64,000 bases of DNA from Patescibacteria group bacterium (lineage in GTDB: Bacteria; Patescibacteriota; Microgenomatia; UBA1400; CG1-02-47-37): the NCBI GenBank assembly GCA_038065055.1, contig JBBTRT010000002.1, positions 9,038-73,037 of the forward strand, written 5' to 3'. Positions 62,081 to 64,000 of this stretch are shown piece after piece. The notes below the pieces were generated by a model, which was not told the origin of the DNA, searched no databases, and saw only the letters and a list, made by a program, of their open reading frames with translations. Made by a program: the position numbers and the translations under genes. Within the stretch, counting starts at the first letter, position 1; the number at the start of each line of letters is the position of its first letter.

Positions 62081-63110
62081 AAACCCGTAAATGGATTTTA
62101 AGATTATTTTCCCAAGTGAAATTAGTCCGGACAAATTTTTGGCCAGCCTGGCCCATTTGACGGCATAATTGAGGCGATTTAATTAATTGAAGCAGTTTAT
62201 CTGCCCAATCTTCAATATCATTAGTTTTAGCTAAAAACCCGGTTCTCCCCGGCTGAATTATTTCTTTAATCGATGAATGGTTGTTGCCAATTACCGGTAT
62301 GCCGCTGGCGCCGGCTTCAGCCAAGGTCATTCCAAAACCTTCTTTTAATGAAGGTAAAACCACCACGTCTGCCTGATGATAGAACGCCGGTTTTTCGGCT
62401 TCGGGAATAAAACCGGTCACCTGAATATTTTTACCTCTCAGCCGATATTCCAAAGGGCCGTTGCCGGCAAAAATCAATTGAGCGTCGGATCGATTGATTC
62501 TTTGCATCACTTTAAGCAAAAATTCCGGGTTTTTACGGGCTTTTAAGCCGCCGACAAACATAATTGTAAATTTCCGAGAAGTTTTTTTACCGGGCTGGAA
62601 ACGTTCATCAACTCCAGGATAAGCGACACTGATATTTTCACTAGAGTATTTTAGTTGTTCAATAATTTCAGATTTAGTTGACTTAGAAATAGTAATGATA
62701 TGATCAAAATATTTAATCACGAATTTATCAATCCAATGATTTACGCCTGATTCCAGATGCAAATAAGATGCCACAATTGGAACGAGAGGATATAGTTTTT
62801 TAAAGATAACTGCGGCCGGACCGATAAAATAGGGATTATGGACACGCAAAAGATTAAATTTCTCCTGACGATAAGTTTTGAGCAAGTAATCTAAAGCAAA
62901 AGGGTTAAAAATATGCGGTGGATACATGGATTTAACCGGGGCAAATTGAACAGAAAGATTTTGATTTTTAAGATACAGCCTGTTTTTGGGCAATAATGTT
63001 AAGACTTTAACGCCCTGATGGCAAAGGCGGTTAATCACTTCCCGATCATATACTTCGCCACCGGAATTTGACTGCGGGGATAAGCCAAGTTGAGGTGAAC
63101 AGATAATCAT
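62061..63110 (-). CDS. GT-B glycosyltransferase, GT4-like
   Basis: VVLPSLKEGFGMTLAEAGASGIPVIGNNHSSIKEII. Confidence 0.85.
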   Translation of the reverse strand: MIICSPQLGLSPQSNSGGEVYDREVINRLCHQGVKVLTLLPKNRLYLKNQNLSVQFAPVKSMYPPHIFNPFALDYLLKTYRQEKFNLLRVHNPYFIGPAAVIFKKLYPLVPIVASYLHLESGVNHWIDKFVIKYFDHIITISKSTKSEIIEQLKYSSENISVAYPGVDERFQPGKKTSRKFTIMFVGGLKARKNPEFLLKVMQRINRSDAQLIFAGNGPLEYRLRGKNIQVTGFIPEAEKPAFYHQADVVVLPSLKEGFGMTLAEAGASGIPVIGNNHSSIKEIIQPGRTGFLAKTNDIEDWADKLLQLIKSPQLCRQMGQAGQKFVRTNFTWENNLKIHLRVYENLIS

Positions 63111-63115
63111 GACTT

Positions 63116-63125
63116 ATTATATAAT
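63116..63125. promoter_or_regulatory. palindromic bidirectional -10 element (ATTATATAAT)
   Basis: TATAAT on + at 63120..63125 (6 nt before ATG 63132) and TATAAT on - at 63121..63116 (5 nt before ATG 63110) in a 21-bp spacer. Confidence 0.45.
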
Positions 63126-63131
63126 GCTTTT

Positions 63132-63989
63132 ATGCAATCCGTTCTAATTACCGGCAGCAATGGATTTATCGGCCAACATATTGCGGCTAAACTAAAACTG
63201 CAAAACATAAGGGTAATTGAGTTTTGCCGGCAAAATAATCAGGATTTAATCAACCCTCAAGATTTTAATAACTTACCAAAAGTAGACACTGTGTTTCATT
63301 TGGCGGCCGTATCCGGCTATAAAAATGCCAAAGCGAGCTTAGATACGACTTATAAGGTAAATGTTTTAGGGACGATTAACGCGCTGGAGTATTGCCGCCG
63401 GGTAAAGGCCAAAATAATTTTATCCAGCACTTATGTTTACAACCAGCCTTATGAAAAAATTAAGCATGAGGCTGACCCACTGAAGCCGACAACCCATTAT
63501 TCTTTCAGTAAATTTTTAGGCGAAGAGTGCTGTCGGTTTTACGCCCGGGCATTTAAAGTTAATACTTTGGTAATCCGGACAGCCAATGTTTACGGGCCAA
63601 AGCAGGATGGAATTTATATTGTGCCGGTAATTACCTCTCACTTATTGGCACGTAAGCAGTTGACTTTGACAAAACGGGCTGTGGAAAGATGTTTTATTTA
63701 TATCGATGATTTAGTTGACGGTTACATTAAATTGGCCCAGTGGCCGACCCTGCCAGGCGAAGTATTTAATATCGGGCCGGATAAACCAAATAAAATGGCT
63801 GAGCTGGTAAAGCAAATAGAAAAAATCAGCGGGCAAAAGGCTAAAATTACTTATACCGGGGAAGACCGGCCACATGAGGCAGACAAAAATCGGGTTAATA
63901 CCAATAAAATAAAAACAACTTTAAACTGGAAGCCGCAAATTAGCTTAGAAACCGGATTAAAGCGTTACCTGGATTCACTTAATCAATAA
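63132..63989 (+). CDS. NAD-dependent epimerase/dehydratase (extended SDR)
   Basis: VLITGSNGFIGQHIA, SSTYVY, YSFSKFL (YxxxK). Confidence 0.85.
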   Translation: MQSVLITGSNGFIGQHIAAKLKLQNIRVIEFCRQNNQDLINPQDFNNLPKVDTVFHLAAVSGYKNAKASLDTTYKVNVLGTINALEYCRRVKAKIILSSTYVYNQPYEKIKHEADPLKPTTHYSFSKFLGEECCRFYARAFKVNTLVIRTANVYGPKQDGIYIVPVITSHLLARKQLTLTKRAVERCFIYIDDLVDGYIKLAQWPTLPGEVFNIGPDKPNKMAELVKQIEKISGQKAKITYTGEDRPHEADKNRVNTNKIKTTLNWKPQISLETGLKRYLDSLNQ

Positions 63990-64000
63990 ATTCAAATGAG

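Noticed and set aside
1-64000. Search for rRNA, tRNA, CRISPR arrays, tandem repeats, IS elements and prophage genes
   Set aside because: Non-coding spacers are too short (0-90 bp) to hold such features. No repeat-spacer periodicity, transposase, integrase or phage structural motifs were seen in any ORF translation.

Overview
AT-rich, extremely gene-dense bacterial window with about 64 protein-coding genes. Spacers are 0-42 bp and many stop/start overlaps occur. I saw no rRNA, tRNA, CRISPR array, transposase or integrase. Almost the whole 64 kb reads as one continuous cell-surface glycan biosynthesis and decoration super-locus.

Gene census, from motifs read directly in the ORF translations:
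- 5 DegT/DnrJ/EryC1-family PLP enzymes, one of which has His in place of the Schiff-base Lys
- 8 class I SAM methyltransferases
- 7 GT-B (GT4-like) glycosyltransferases plus one atypical 602-aa GT-B-like protein
- 4 GT2 enzymes of the polyprenyl-phosphate-sugar synthase type
- 11 large polytopic GT-C-like membrane proteins (about 17 kb of coding sequence) plus a 42-codon relic of a twelfth
- a Wzm/Wzt-type ABC exporter and a Wzx-like flippase
- 2 acyltransferase-3 membrane O-acyltransferases
- an AsnB-type amidotransferase, a split transketolase, and a radical SAM enzyme with a SPASM/twitch-type Cys motif
- a VTC (polyphosphate-polymerase-like) / DUF4956 pair
- a complete CMP-nonulosonic acid pathway of the legionaminic-acid type (dehydratase, aminotransferase, N-acetyltransferase, hydrolysing 2-epimerase, NeuB-like synthase, CMP-synthetase), flanked by a HisH/HisF/WbuX-type acetamidino module

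Most interesting observations:
1. The density and diversity of GT-C-like enzymes, including two duplicated ArnB/ArnC/ArnT-like triads.
2. The decorated legionaminic-acid-like pathway, which has an embedded methyltransferase, an EamA transporter and an NYN-domain gene, and an adjacent candidate CMP-sugar transferase.
3. The VTC-DUF4956-GT2-miniUGDH operon.
4. Back-to-back TATAAT boxes 5-8 nt from the start codons in nearly all divergent spacers, which implies leaderless operon-head mRNAs.

Genome style (no Shine-Dalgarno sequences, overlapping genes, GT-C richness) is compatible with a small-genome lineage such as CPR/Patescibacteria, but that is inference only. All family assignments are by-eye motif recognition and were not checked by HMM or BLAST.
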